NCBI GenBank assembly: GCA_016432625.1
Contig: CP066697.1
Location: 17,415 to 81,414 of the forward strand
Source: Candidatus Berkelbacteria bacterium
Lineage (GTDB): Bacteria; Patescibacteriota; UBA1384; 2-12-FULL-50-11
Direction: 5' to 3'
Length of the DNA: 64,000 nucleotides
The position numbers were made by a program, and so were the translations under genes. This document shows, piece after piece, positions 37,576-46,276 of the stretch (the first letter of the stretch is position 1; each line of letters opens with the position of its first letter). The notes beneath the pieces were generated by a model that was given only the letters and a program-made list of their open reading frames with translations, did not search any database and was not told where the DNA came from.

Positions 37576-38658
37576 TTATTCGAGGGTACGCTGCTCGTCG
37601 ACTGGCGAGCCGCCGGCTTCACTGAAGACCTTCTGGTTGTCAATCTGGTCCATAACTCGTCCTAACTGCCGGCTCCTAGTTGAAGACACAACCTGGAACT
37701 GTTTTGAAGTCGAGTCGAGTCGGGCTCCTAAGGTGTCAAGCTCGCCGGAGAACTTATCGTACTCAGCGCGGAACTTCTGAACTAATTGAATGATCTGATG
37801 GATGTTAGATTGTAAACGGAAGTTAGAGTGGGCCTGTTTGACTAGTCTTAATAGGGCGACGAACGAATACGGCCCGGCTAGTACGACCTTTTTCTGCATC
37901 GCCTCTTCCCAGATGTCGTTAGAGTGCTCATATATATAACTAAAAATCATCTCATTAGGGATAAAGGCGATGGCGAAATCAACGGTGTTGTCCTCTTGAT
38001 TAATATAGTCGCGAGTCGCGATTTGTTTAATTTTTTCCCTAACGTCGCGTTGAAATTGAGCGAAATGGCGCTTCTTTTCTTCGGCGTCGCTTGCCTCGAC
38101 GAATTTCTGCAGGTTTTGATACGGAAACTTAACGTCGATATTAACCTTGGTTTTGTCAGGCAGTACCAGAGTGAAGTCCGGCCGTCCCTCGCCAGCCTGT
38201 GTTTGAGAGAAATAGTCTTGGTTAATAACGAAGCCCGCCATTTTCAACAGGTCCTCGGCAATGCGCTCGCCAAAAGCGCCGCGCATTTGGTTGTTGCTGA
38301 GAATATTTTTCAGCTGATCTGTTGAACCGCGTAACTCACTGGCAAGCTGCTTGTGGGTTTCGAGCTCTTTTTTGAGTTCCGAAAATGACGAGATACGCTC
38401 TTTCTCGCTCTCCATGAATTGGCGGTTTGTTTCGGTGACGTGTTTGCGTAACTCGTCGACAATACCCTTGATAACGTCTTTCTTGCCCTCAAGGTCAGTC
38501 TTCATCTCTTCTTTATCGCTCGACAGCTTTTCTTTAGCGATGGCGATAATTTGCTCAGTATCGTGGCGACGGGATCGTAAGAAAAAATAAGTCAGAGCTG
38601 CGCCGACGAAAACACCGACGGCAACTCCGCCAACAGCAACGTAAACAATGGGATTCAT
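37576..38658 (-). CDS. rmuC: DNA recombination protein RmuC
   Basis: N-terminal TM, long coiled coil, 'GAFGERIAEDLLKMAGF' RmuC C-terminal nuclease-like domain. Confidence 0.8.
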   Translation of the reverse strand: MNPIVYVAVGGVAVGVFVGAALTYFFLRSRRHDTEQIIAIAKEKLSSDKEEMKTDLEGKKDVIKGIVDELRKHVTETNRQFMESEKERISSFSELKKELETHKQLASELRGSTDQLKNILSNNQMRGAFGERIAEDLLKMAGFVINQDYFSQTQAGEGRPDFTLVLPDKTKVNIDVKFPYQNLQKFVEASDAEEKKRHFAQFQRDVREKIKQIATRDYINQEDNTVDFAIAFIPNEMIFSYIYEHSNDIWEEAMQKKVVLAGPYSFVALLRLVKQAHSNFRLQSNIHQIIQLVQKFRAEYDKFSGELDTLGARLDSTSKQFQVVSSTRSRQLGRVMDQIDNQKVFSEAGGSPVDEQRTLE

Positions 38659-38705
38659 GCTCCCATCATTCTACCTAATATTGGCTAGTGGTAAACTCTA
38701 CGAAC

Positions 38706-38927
38706 CTATTTCTTGCGCAACAAGCCCAGCTCGAGCTGGATGTATCCCAGGCCAATAATTACCAAGCCGCCCATTACTTTGAGCGACGGAAAAGCGACGA
38801 TCAGCTCATTCGCGCTAACGTTAGTGAGCCAACCGACTAATCCAAAAGCCAAGATCGCTGCGCCGAGAATGATCATTGTCATCGCGACGGCAACGAACGG
38901 CTTATCCTCTCTTTTATGCCAAAACAT
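38706..38927 (-). CDS. Small membrane protein (2 TM)
   Basis: 73-aa hydrophobic ORF. Confidence 0.35.
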   Translation of the reverse strand: MFWHKREDKPFVAVAMTMIILGAAILAFGLVGWLTNVSANELIVAFPSLKVMGGLVIIGLGYIQLELGLLRKK

Positions 38928-38996
38928 TTTCCCTCCTTATACTATAAGTAAAGCACCCCATCGCGCTTCGGCGCAACAGGGTGCTTAGAGACGAGC

Positions 38997-39917
38997 TCAA
39001 ACGGCTTCAAGGAAGGACTTGATATCTTCCTCTCTGACGTCCGGCTCGCCGGGGGAGACATTGTCGAGACGACCTTCTTCAAGCCAACGAGCAAGGACTG
39101 CAAGTTGTTCAAAGAGGTGATCGAAGTTCTCGACGAAGAACAGCAGCGGCTGGAAGTGGTGAATCTCAAAGTACTGGTTGATCACCCACCTTAGGTCAAG
39201 CGGAAAGCGCTGAACCTGCGGCGAAACGATACTGTGGCGAATCTCAGCGTGGGAGCTAAGCAAGCCACTACCGTAAACTTTGAGACGACCGTCTCGATCC
39301 GATTCCATCAGGCCGAATTCCACCGTGAACCAAAAGACCCGAGCCAGCGCCTTGATGTTCGAGGCGACAACATCGATCTGCTCGTCGCCTCGAAACTCGC
39401 TTTGAGAGCGCTTGGCAGCTCGCTGAGCCACCTTGCCGAATTGAACCAAGTTGTCGGCAAAACGCCGGTTAGTGTGCATCGGTACGTGTCCGGCAATGTC
39501 GTGAAACATGTCCGGCTCCGGCAGATAGCCGAGCTTTTTGCCATCGCGAACGGTGACAGTAGTTGGAAACTCCCGATTCCTTAGACATTGAAAGAATAAG
39601 AAAGCAGGAACGTAGCCGCTCACCCCTTTGGCTTGGAAGCCGGTCAGGGGTTCGAGGAAACGGTTGATGTCTCCAAAGTTCGGCACTTGGTCCGGCTGGA
39701 GGTTCAAGGCCGTTACACCTTCCAGAAACTCCGGGACGGCGAACTGCCGCCAGCGCGGCATTTGCCGCAGGTAAAGTCGTCGCCAGGTATCGTGGTTAGC
39801 CTGGCTATAGCATTCGTAAGGTTGACGCGGCAGGTAGAACTCACCATTTTCATTAGCTTGTTCTAGCCAGGGCGTCTTGGTCGTGGTTAGGCCTGAGCCA
39901 GGGGTACCAAACTCCAT
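38997..39917 (-). CDS. phhA: Phenylalanine-4-hydroxylase (biopterin-dependent aromatic amino-acid hydroxylase)
   Basis: Iron-binding 'PDMFHDIAGHVPMH' plus the downstream Glu region; 'YGSGLLSS' ; catalytic domain only (bacterial type). Confidence 0.8.
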   Translation of the reverse strand: MEFGTPGSGLTTTKTPWLEQANENGEFYLPRQPYECYSQANHDTWRRLYLRQMPRWRQFAVPEFLEGVTALNLQPDQVPNFGDINRFLEPLTGFQAKGVSGYVPAFLFFQCLRNREFPTTVTVRDGKKLGYLPEPDMFHDIAGHVPMHTNRRFADNLVQFGKVAQRAAKRSQSEFRGDEQIDVVASNIKALARVFWFTVEFGLMESDRDGRLKVYGSGLLSSHAEIRHSIVSPQVQRFPLDLRWVINQYFEIHHFQPLLFFVENFDHLFEQLAVLARWLEEGRLDNVSPGEPDVREEDIKSFLEAV

Positions 39918-40024
39918 TATCCGATAGCCTCCGATATGTCGAGGAGCGATTCCTCAATCTGGGGGAATTTTAGCACGTGTTTAAATCAAAAGAAGTATTT
40001 ATTGTTCAAGCAGAACAGTCGTTA

Positions 40025-40068
40025 ATTATAAAAAGCGAACAGGCCCGCGGAGGAATCCCCACGGGCCT
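40025..40068 (-). terminator. Rho-independent terminator of purC
   Basis: 11-bp stem (one G.U) AGGCCCGTGG/CCGCGGGCCT-like, followed on the minus strand by CGCTTTTTATAA. Confidence 0.45.
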
Positions 40069-40099
40069 GGATGGTTGCGTTGAAGCTAGAAGCCGCGAG

Positions 40100-40960
40100 C
40101 TAAAAGAAGCTTTCGGTCATCTTGGCAACGCGCTGGTAGTTGTCGCTGATCTTGGCCATGGCTTCGGCCTTGGCCTCCGGGTCATCGGTGCTGAGGTTTC
40201 GGTAAACCTGCTTGTCCAACATTCCATCGGGCTGACCGTAGTGCCAAATGCGCCACGAGTCGTTATCGATCACATCGGCGAGAATGAGGCGACCATAGCG
40301 GTCGAACCCGAACTCGACCTTTAAGTCGACAAGTACCATGTGGTGCTTCAACCACGCCCGCTCCAACGTTTCGAAGACCGAGGCTGCCCCGAGCCGCATC
40401 AAGTTGATGTGGTTCTCGTTGAGACCCAGCGCCTCGACTTCTCGAGGGCTGAGCTTGCCAAGTTCGGTTACGGCCGAGATCGGTTGCTTGGCATCGTGTA
40501 GTGAAAACCAAGGCTTTCCGTTTTCGCCGAACTTGCAGATCATGATCGGGTCGTGCTCGGCATCATCCTTGTAGAAGAACTCGATCACGAGGTCGGGGAA
40601 CTTTGTCCCCTCGGCAACATCGGGGTTTCTTTTCAGATACGACCCGGCTACAACCCGTCGGGCGACAACCTCGATCGGGACCATCCTCGCCTTGACAGCG
40701 CGAAAAGTCCGGTCATCGTGGCGAGCAAGGAAATGGGTCGGCACGAGGCCGACGCAGTTGATGAGCTCGAAGACGTTGCAAGTTGTGGTATTTGCCGCAA
40801 CGGCTTTTCCTTCGAGGATGTCGTGTTTGGCGCCATCACCGGCGGTGATGTCGTCTTTTGATTCAACGAGGACAACGTTGAGGTTAGAGGTTGGCCAAAT
40901 AATCTTGGTCTTGCCCTCGGCCAACTGGTCGCCACGTTTTTCTGGGGCTGAGCTGCTCAT
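40100..40960 (-). CDS. purC: Phosphoribosylaminoimidazole-succinocarboxamide synthase (SAICAR synthetase)
   Basis: 'GKTKIIWPT', 'KDDITAGDG' and 'LVDLKVEFG' SAICAR synthetase motifs; long (eukaryote-like) form. Confidence 0.85.
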   Translation of the reverse strand: MSSSAPEKRGDQLAEGKTKIIWPTSNLNVVLVESKDDITAGDGAKHDILEGKAVAANTTTCNVFELINCVGLVPTHFLARHDDRTFRAVKARMVPIEVVARRVVAGSYLKRNPDVAEGTKFPDLVIEFFYKDDAEHDPIMICKFGENGKPWFSLHDAKQPISAVTELGKLSPREVEALGLNENHINLMRLGAASVFETLERAWLKHHMVLVDLKVEFGFDRYGRLILADVIDNDSWRIWHYGQPDGMLDKQVYRNLSTDDPEAKAEAMAKISDNYQRVAKMTESFF

Positions 40961-41060
40961 AGTGTAATGCCTCTAGGTGAAGGGTGCGGCACAAAACAGG
41001 GGTCCTGTGCGCTCAAGGAGGGATTATAAGGTAAAGCCACCTCGATGCCAAGGTATGAAG

Positions 41061-41089
41061 CGAGCCCGCAGGAATTTCCTGCGGGCTCG
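41061..41089 (-). terminator. GC hairpin terminator after the pyrF/PRTase-like pair
   Basis: 12-bp stem CGAGCCCGCAGG/CCTGCGGGCTCG with AATTT loop. Confidence 0.35.
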
Positions 41090-41110
41090 TGATCCGTGGC
41101 ACTTGGCGAT

Positions 41111-41848
41111 TTATCGCCTTGCGCCGGTGAGTCGCTGCCAGTTTTCGGCTGGCACTTTGGGCTTGAGGCGCTCCGAGCCCTGTTTGCAGAGCGGGCAGTC
41201 CTCGGGCTCCCAGGTCTCGATGTCGTAGTGGGCCAATCGGAAAATCGGCTGGCCTTCAAACTCCTCGATAGGAGAGCGGTGGACTAGCGTCGCCACGAAC
41301 GGTGCGAAGCGAACCGGTGTACTGTTGCCCGCGATGATGCCGTTACGGACAGCAACGAGAGTTTTCAGCGTTGTCATCAGCTCCTCGACTTGGATGACCG
41401 TGTCTTCGGGCCTGATTTCCAGACGCTGCCAGCGTTGAGCGTCACCGTCTTTTTCGCCACAGCCGTGACGAGCACCTAGACAGTCGGCCACGCTTTTTGA
41501 GAGATCGATAGCGGCGTACGCTGAGCCGATCACCCAGACGTCCCGACCATGTAGATTCGGATACGATTGCTCGATCTGCCGAGCGATCATCGCACCAAAA
41601 AGGTTACAGATCGGGGTGTACGATAGGGCGGGAAGAACGTTGACGAAACCGTCGCTGCACTTCCCGCTAGTCAGAATGGCGTGCGGATCCTCGGGGTTGC
41701 CCGAGTGCATCCAGAAGCAGTCAGCGAGCCTGAGGATGTGAGTCACCTCCTCCTGGCTCATAACGCCCGCGATATCGTCGGGGCGAAGGTCGAGAATCTC
41801 GTCGATCGTTTGAGCAGCGAGAATTGAGGTCATAGCAGGGTTCATCAT
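41111..41848 (-). CDS. Type I phosphoribosyltransferase-like protein, possible divergent orotate PRTase partner of pyrF
   Basis: 'DTVIQVEELMTTLKTL' sits where the PRPP-binding 'VLvvDDvvTTGgT' loop is expected, with EE for DD and no glycines; C-terminal 'CPLCKQG'; immediately downstream of pyrF. Confidence 0.35.
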   Translation of the reverse strand: MMNPAMTSILAAQTIDEILDLRPDDIAGVMSQEEVTHILRLADCFWMHSGNPEDPHAILTSGKCSDGFVNVLPALSYTPICNLFGAMIARQIEQSYPNLHGRDVWVIGSAYAAIDLSKSVADCLGARHGCGEKDGDAQRWQRLEIRPEDTVIQVEELMTTLKTLVAVRNGIIAGNSTPVRFAPFVATLVHRSPIEEFEGQPIFRLAHYDIETWEPEDCPLCKQGSERLKPKVPAENWQRLTGARR

Positions 41849-41854
41849 CTCTCC

Positions 41855-42691
41855 TCAGGTGGTAGCGATTGGGGCTCGTGCCGCCAGGGCTTGGGCGATT
41901 TCATCAGCGATCAGCGTTACCGCCGAAGCGGAGTCGCCAATCTCAGCAGGCGGTTGGGTGATCGGCCGCCCAATCACTAGATAGTCAGCGCCGAGCGAGA
42001 TTGCCTCGAACGGCGTCATCACTCGGGATTGGTCGTCCTTGCTCGCCCAATCCGGCCTAACACCGGGCGTGACGATAAGAAACCCGGGGCCACAGCATGT
42101 GCGAATAGCCTCGATTTCTTTTGGCGAAGCGACCACGCCATCAGCCCCGCTGTCTTGAGCGAGTTTAGCGAGGCTCACCACCCGTTGTCGAATCTGCTCG
42201 TCGTGCCCACCGTTGCCGCGCTCCACTTCTGTAAACATACTGATTTCGACTAGGTCGTCATAACCCAGGCTAGTCAGGATGGTTACGGCCAGAAGCTTCG
42301 GTCTGGGCGGCACACTGGTTGAGGCGTCGCGCCAACGTCGTTCGTAACCTTCGTCGATGCCCTTGCGCGCCGCTTTCATCATCTTCGACCCGCCATCGGC
42401 GTGGACGTTGAGCATTGAGATTGCGGCGTCTTGCATGAGAATCCGGCAGGCTCGTTCGACGGTGTTGGGGATGTCCTTGAACTTCCCGTCCCAGAAAACC
42501 CCAGCGTTCTGTTGAAAGGCGCGGCTGGCAACACGGTGTGCTGCTCCAGAGCTGATGAGCTCGAAACCGACCTTGAATAGCCCGAGTTGGCCGCCAAGCT
42601 TTTCGATAGGCTCGGCAGCTTCGTTGTAGGTTGAAAAGTCGAGCGGCAGCATTATTCGATCCGCTGCCTCTTTTCGAAGCTGTTTTTCCAT
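41855..42691 (-). CDS. pyrF: Orotidine-5'-phosphate decarboxylase
   Basis: 'LPLDFST', 'FKDIPNTV' and C-terminal 'LVIGRPI' OMPdecase motifs. Confidence 0.8.
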   Translation of the reverse strand: MEKQLRKEAADRIMLPLDFSTYNEAAEPIEKLGGQLGLFKVGFELISSGAAHRVASRAFQQNAGVFWDGKFKDIPNTVERACRILMQDAAISMLNVHADGGSKMMKAARKGIDEGYERRWRDASTSVPPRPKLLAVTILTSLGYDDLVEISMFTEVERGNGGHDEQIRQRVVSLAKLAQDSGADGVVASPKEIEAIRTCCGPGFLIVTPGVRPDWASKDDQSRVMTPFEAISLGADYLVIGRPITQPPAEIGDSASAVTLIADEIAQALAARAPIATT

Positions 42692-42865
42692 GTAGTTCTC
42701 CGTACCGTAATGTCAGGATCAATTCCTGTGCGGTCATTGTACGGTAAACAGGACTTACAGTAAAACCTCAGACCCTGTTAAAAATGTCGAGCTTGCCGTA
42801 AAATAATCCCAACGTAATCCGGGGAGGCGGGTTACTGCCTGCACCCTACATTCTGGAGATGAACT

Positions 42866-44341
42866 ATGATAGAACGCTACGCGCAGGAAGACATTACTGC
42901 GATTTTTTCTGACAAGACTAAGGTGAAGCGTTGGCAGGATACTGAGATCGCGGTAACCCAAGCCTACACTGAGAGCCACGAGTTCTCAGAGGCTGATTTC
43001 CGCGAATTCAAGGGCGCTTTGCTCGCCCATCCTGTCGACCTGAAGTGGTGGAAGCGCCGCGACGAAAAGATCCACCACGATCTCAATGCCTTTCTGGAGG
43101 AACGTGCGCGGCGCCTGCCGACACGCCTTCAGCCGTTGCTTCATAGCAACATGACCAGCTACGACACCCAGGAAGCGGCTTTTGCCCGGACTCTCATCGA
43201 TGCGAGCCACCTGGTCCTGAAGGAACTGGCGAAACTCAAAGAGGTGTTGCAGGCCCAAGCGCTTAAACACCGCTTCTCTCTAATGGTTGGCAAAACACAC
43301 GGCCAGCAAGGCGAGCTGCAGACTCACGGTAAACGCTGCATCACTTGGCTACGAGCGCTTGAGGCCGACCGTCTGCTCATTGAGCAGGCGAAAGCCAAGC
43401 TGCGCTACTCCAAGATCTCGGGGGCTGTTGGCAACTGGGGGCCAATCCATCCGGACATTGAGCGCCGGGCGTTAGAGATTCTTGGCCTGGAGCCGTATTG
43501 CGGCGCCACTCAGATCATCCCACGTGAGATCTACACGCCTCTGGCGGACGCCCTGGCACAGACAGTGTTGACGATCGACAAGATCGCTCTCGATATCCGT
43601 CTCAACGCTCGGACGCCGTTGCCGCTCTATCACGAACCGTTCGCGAAAGAGCAAAAGGGCTCTTCTGCAATGCCGCATAAGAAGAACCCGATCAACACGG
43701 AGCAGCTTGAGGGAATGGGGCGGATGGCTTCCACGTACGCCGCTGGCATCAAGCAAAACATTCGGACTTGGGAGGAGAGAGCAATCGAGCAGTCATGCGT
43801 CGAGCGTGTGTTTTGGCCGGATTTGTTCCACGTCACAATGCGCGCCGTCTCGGTGCTAACCAAGGTACTGAAGGGCCTGGTCATCTATCGGCACAACATG
43901 CTGATCGAGATCATTCTCAGCCGGGGCTGCTACGCCACGGCCGGTGCCAAAGAGGTGCTGAAGCAACTCGTCGAGCCGCATGGCTTGAAGGCCGAGGACG
44001 CTTACCGGGTAATTCAACTCGCGGCGTTCAACATCTTCGAGTACAGCGGGCCAGTGCTCAGTATGCCAAAGTCACTCGACCAGGCGGAGCAGCAACTTGC
44101 CGAGTTCACGGCGACTTGGCAGTTCGAGACTCAGCCGACGACGTTAGCCGATTATGTGATGCGCGCCGAGCTGCAGCCGTCGTCACAGCTCAAGGCCTCA
44201 GCTTGGAAGATCAAGCAGTGGAACCGAGCTCTACGCAAAGTTTTTGTCTGCCCGCAGGCGAGACTTGAGTGGACGGAAGCGTTCCGGCCGACGAACGTGC
44301 TGAAGCACGAGGCCCATCTCTTCGAACAACTCTGCGCTTAA
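42866..44341 (+). CDS. purB: Adenylosuccinate lyase
   Basis: Fumarate-lyase signature 'GSSAMPHKKNPINTEQLEGM'; N-terminal 'MIERYAQEDITAIFSD'; C-terminal ADSL domain. Confidence 0.85.
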   Translation: MIERYAQEDITAIFSDKTKVKRWQDTEIAVTQAYTESHEFSEADFREFKGALLAHPVDLKWWKRRDEKIHHDLNAFLEERARRLPTRLQPLLHSNMTSYDTQEAAFARTLIDASHLVLKELAKLKEVLQAQALKHRFSLMVGKTHGQQGELQTHGKRCITWLRALEADRLLIEQAKAKLRYSKISGAVGNWGPIHPDIERRALEILGLEPYCGATQIIPREIYTPLADALAQTVLTIDKIALDIRLNARTPLPLYHEPFAKEQKGSSAMPHKKNPINTEQLEGMGRMASTYAAGIKQNIRTWEERAIEQSCVERVFWPDLFHVTMRAVSVLTKVLKGLVIYRHNMLIEIILSRGCYATAGAKEVLKQLVEPHGLKAEDAYRVIQLAAFNIFEYSGPVLSMPKSLDQAEQQLAEFTATWQFETQPTTLADYVMRAELQPSSQLKASAWKIKQWNRALRKVFVCPQARLEWTEAFRPTNVLKHEAHLFEQLCA

Positions 44342-44356
44342 CGGCGCACACAGCCG

Positions 44357-44392
44357 AAAGGCGACCTTCCCAGTGGAGGTCGCCTTTTCAGT
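44357..44392 (+). terminator. Rho-independent terminator of purB
   Basis: 8-11 bp stem AAAGGCGACCT/AGGTCGCCTTT with 9-nt loop, then TTTTCA. Confidence 0.55.
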
Positions 44393-44403
44393 CGCCTATG
44401 GTT

Positions 44404-44892
44404 CTAATGAATTGATTTTAGGTCGATATGGCAGTAACCGCCGGGATGTTTCTCTAAGTAGCGCTGGTGCTCCTCTTCGGCGGGGTAGAATTTATCCAGT
44501 GGCCTGATTTGAGTCACAATCGCTTCGTCGTAAGTACCTGATTTCTCAAGGTCTTCTTTGGATTTTTCCGCGGCAATTCTCTGCGCTTCGTTGTGATAAA
44601 AGATCACTGCCTGGTACTGCGGTCCAACGTCGTTACCCTGCCGGTTTTCGAGGGTTGGGTCATGAATCTGCCAAAAAATCTCTAGCAACCGCTCGTAGGA
44701 AATCTTTTTCTGGTCGAACGTAATCTGTAGCGCTTCGACGTGGCCAGTCCGGCCGCCGCAGACTTGTGAATAAGTGGGACTATCGACATAACCGCCCGTG
44801 TAACCGGCGACAGTCCCAACTATGCCCTTCCGCATACGAAAAGCGGCTTCAACGCCCCAAAAACAACCGGCGCCAAACGTTGCTTTATCCAT
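44404..44892 (-). CDS. msrA: Peptide-methionine (S)-S-oxide reductase MsrA
   Basis: 'ATFGAGCFWGVEAAF' active site. Confidence 0.9.
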   Translation of the reverse strand: MDKATFGAGCFWGVEAAFRMRKGIVGTVAGYTGGYVDSPTYSQVCGGRTGHVEALQITFDQKKISYERLLEIFWQIHDPTLENRQGNDVGPQYQAVIFYHNEAQRIAAEKSKEDLEKSGTYDEAIVTQIRPLDKFYPAEEEHQRYLEKHPGGYCHIDLKSIH

Positions 44893-44973
44893 ATTTAAAT
44901 TATCGCATATCGGGGTAGTAAAACTGACGCCCCACAGATTCTGTGGGGCGTCTTTGGGGAGGGTCAGGGCGAT

Positions 44974-45465
44974 TTAGGGTCTACTAACAACCAGCAGGCC
45001 CTCGCTCGCTCGAGAGAGTTTGGAGCCAGGTCCCACCAGGCGGCCAAGGCGGTTGGCCTCAATGAGATCAGCCTGGGTAATTGGCGGCTTGTAGTTGCCG
45101 TTCAACACCACGTAGCCGGTCTCCGTTCCCAACACTACCTCGAGACGCCAGCCCTCCTCGGCCACTAGCAGCTCGCCAAGGGCCTTGGGACCGATCTGGC
45201 TGTCGAAGAACAATGCGACCTTCGACGGCCAGCCCTCGTGCTCGGCGTAGACCGAGCAGCAGCCTCGGACCAGCTTCGGCGCCATCATGGCTAGACTGTT
45301 TGTGGGAATGTGCTCCGTAGCACGAGCCAGTAGCTGCAGCTGGAACCAGGCAGCCTCTTCCGTGCTGAAGGGCGGCTGCAAAACGGTCTCAACGGCCTTA
45401 TGCAGAACCTTCCAACCCGGAGTCTTCGGCGCCTGATGGGCGTTGAGATTCCTTGATTTCGACAT
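44974..45465 (-). CDS. Hypothetical protein (GC-rich)
   Basis: 163-aa ORF with no recognised domain; hairpin plus T-run downstream at 44896..44935. Confidence 0.35.
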   Translation of the reverse strand: MSKSRNLNAHQAPKTPGWKVLHKAVETVLQPPFSTEEAAWFQLQLLARATEHIPTNSLAMMAPKLVRGCCSVYAEHEGWPSKVALFFDSQIGPKALGELLVAEEGWRLEVVLGTETGYVVLNGNYKPPITQADLIEANRLGRLVGPGSKLSRASEGLLVVSRP

Positions 45466-45623
45466 CGTTACGAACTCTCCTTGTCAGCTTTTTAGCTGAC
45501 GGGTGGGACAATACTACTCGGTTCAGCCCCTAGAGTCAAGGAGGGCGAGGAAGTTTTTATAAAGAAGTGGGCCAGCCGGAAATCCGGCTGGCCCTGCCCT
45601 TATTAGGGGCGTAGTCGTCGAGT

Positions 45624-46226
45624 CTAGAAGCGGAACACGGTCGTGAAGCGGAGCTCGTCTCCCCTTCCGTTGCGAGTCCCCTTCAGAAATGCCAGTCGCA
45701 GCGTGACGTTGTCCGCGATCTGGTAGGCGGCGACGGGGCCAAGCCGAAGCTGGCTCCAATCGCTCTGGGTAACATAGGAACCTTCCAGCCCAAACCTCAA
45801 ACGGCGCTCCTCTCCGAGGAACAACCGCGCGGCCGGGATAAAAAGGGTCGGCCTCGCTCCCTGCTCGCCGATCAGCGAACCAGTCACGAAAAGTGACCAG
45901 TTTTTACCGCTGCCGTCGAGGGTGAAGGCCGGGCCCGTCTGGCGAACTCCTTGGGCGAACGCCACGAAGACGCCCGGGGTGAAGTTCAGCGATCCCAACT
46001 TGAGAGGCTTCTTGAGGTAGCCCTCAAGCCAAGCCAGAGGCTGGGGTTGATTCCAGCCAAACACGTAGAGCGACAGGTCCGCGTCCCTGGTGCCAAAGTC
46101 GATCCAGCAGTGCTGAGCCGTTTGAAAACCGGGGTGGTGGAACGCTGAGAAGCCGGCACCAGTTACCTGGGCCTGGGCGAGCGAGGTCGCCGCGACGACG
46201 AATGCGATTGCGAGGTATCTATTCAC
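45624..46226 (-). CDS. Signal-peptide protein with outer-membrane beta-barrel-like features (OmpW/PagL-size, C-terminal Phe)
   Basis: 'MNRYLAIAFVVAATSLAQAQ' signal, alternating hydrophobic beta-strand pattern, ends '...RFTTVFRF'. Confidence 0.35.
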   Translation of the reverse strand: MNRYLAIAFVVAATSLAQAQVTGAGFSAFHHPGFQTAQHCWIDFGTRDADLSLYVFGWNQPQPLAWLEGYLKKPLKLGSLNFTPGVFVAFAQGVRQTGPAFTLDGSGKNWSLFVTGSLIGEQGARPTLFIPAARLFLGEERRLRFGLEGSYVTQSDWSQLRLGPVAAYQIADNVTLRLAFLKGTRNGRGDELRFTTVFRF

Positions 46227-46276
46227 GTTCTATTCCTATGGTGTGTTGCCAGGGACCAGAGGACGATGCCCTCCGA

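Noticed and set aside
42692-42865. Purine or ZTP riboswitch in the purB 5' region
   Set aside because: ACCGTAAT resembles part of a purine-riboswitch junction, but the P1/P2/P3 architecture and conserved loop nucleotides are absent; the motifs read better as repeated operator half-sites
43768-44268. 166-aa alternative-frame ORF inside purB
   Set aside because: Arg/Ala-rich shadow frame within a gene carrying the fumarate-lyase signature
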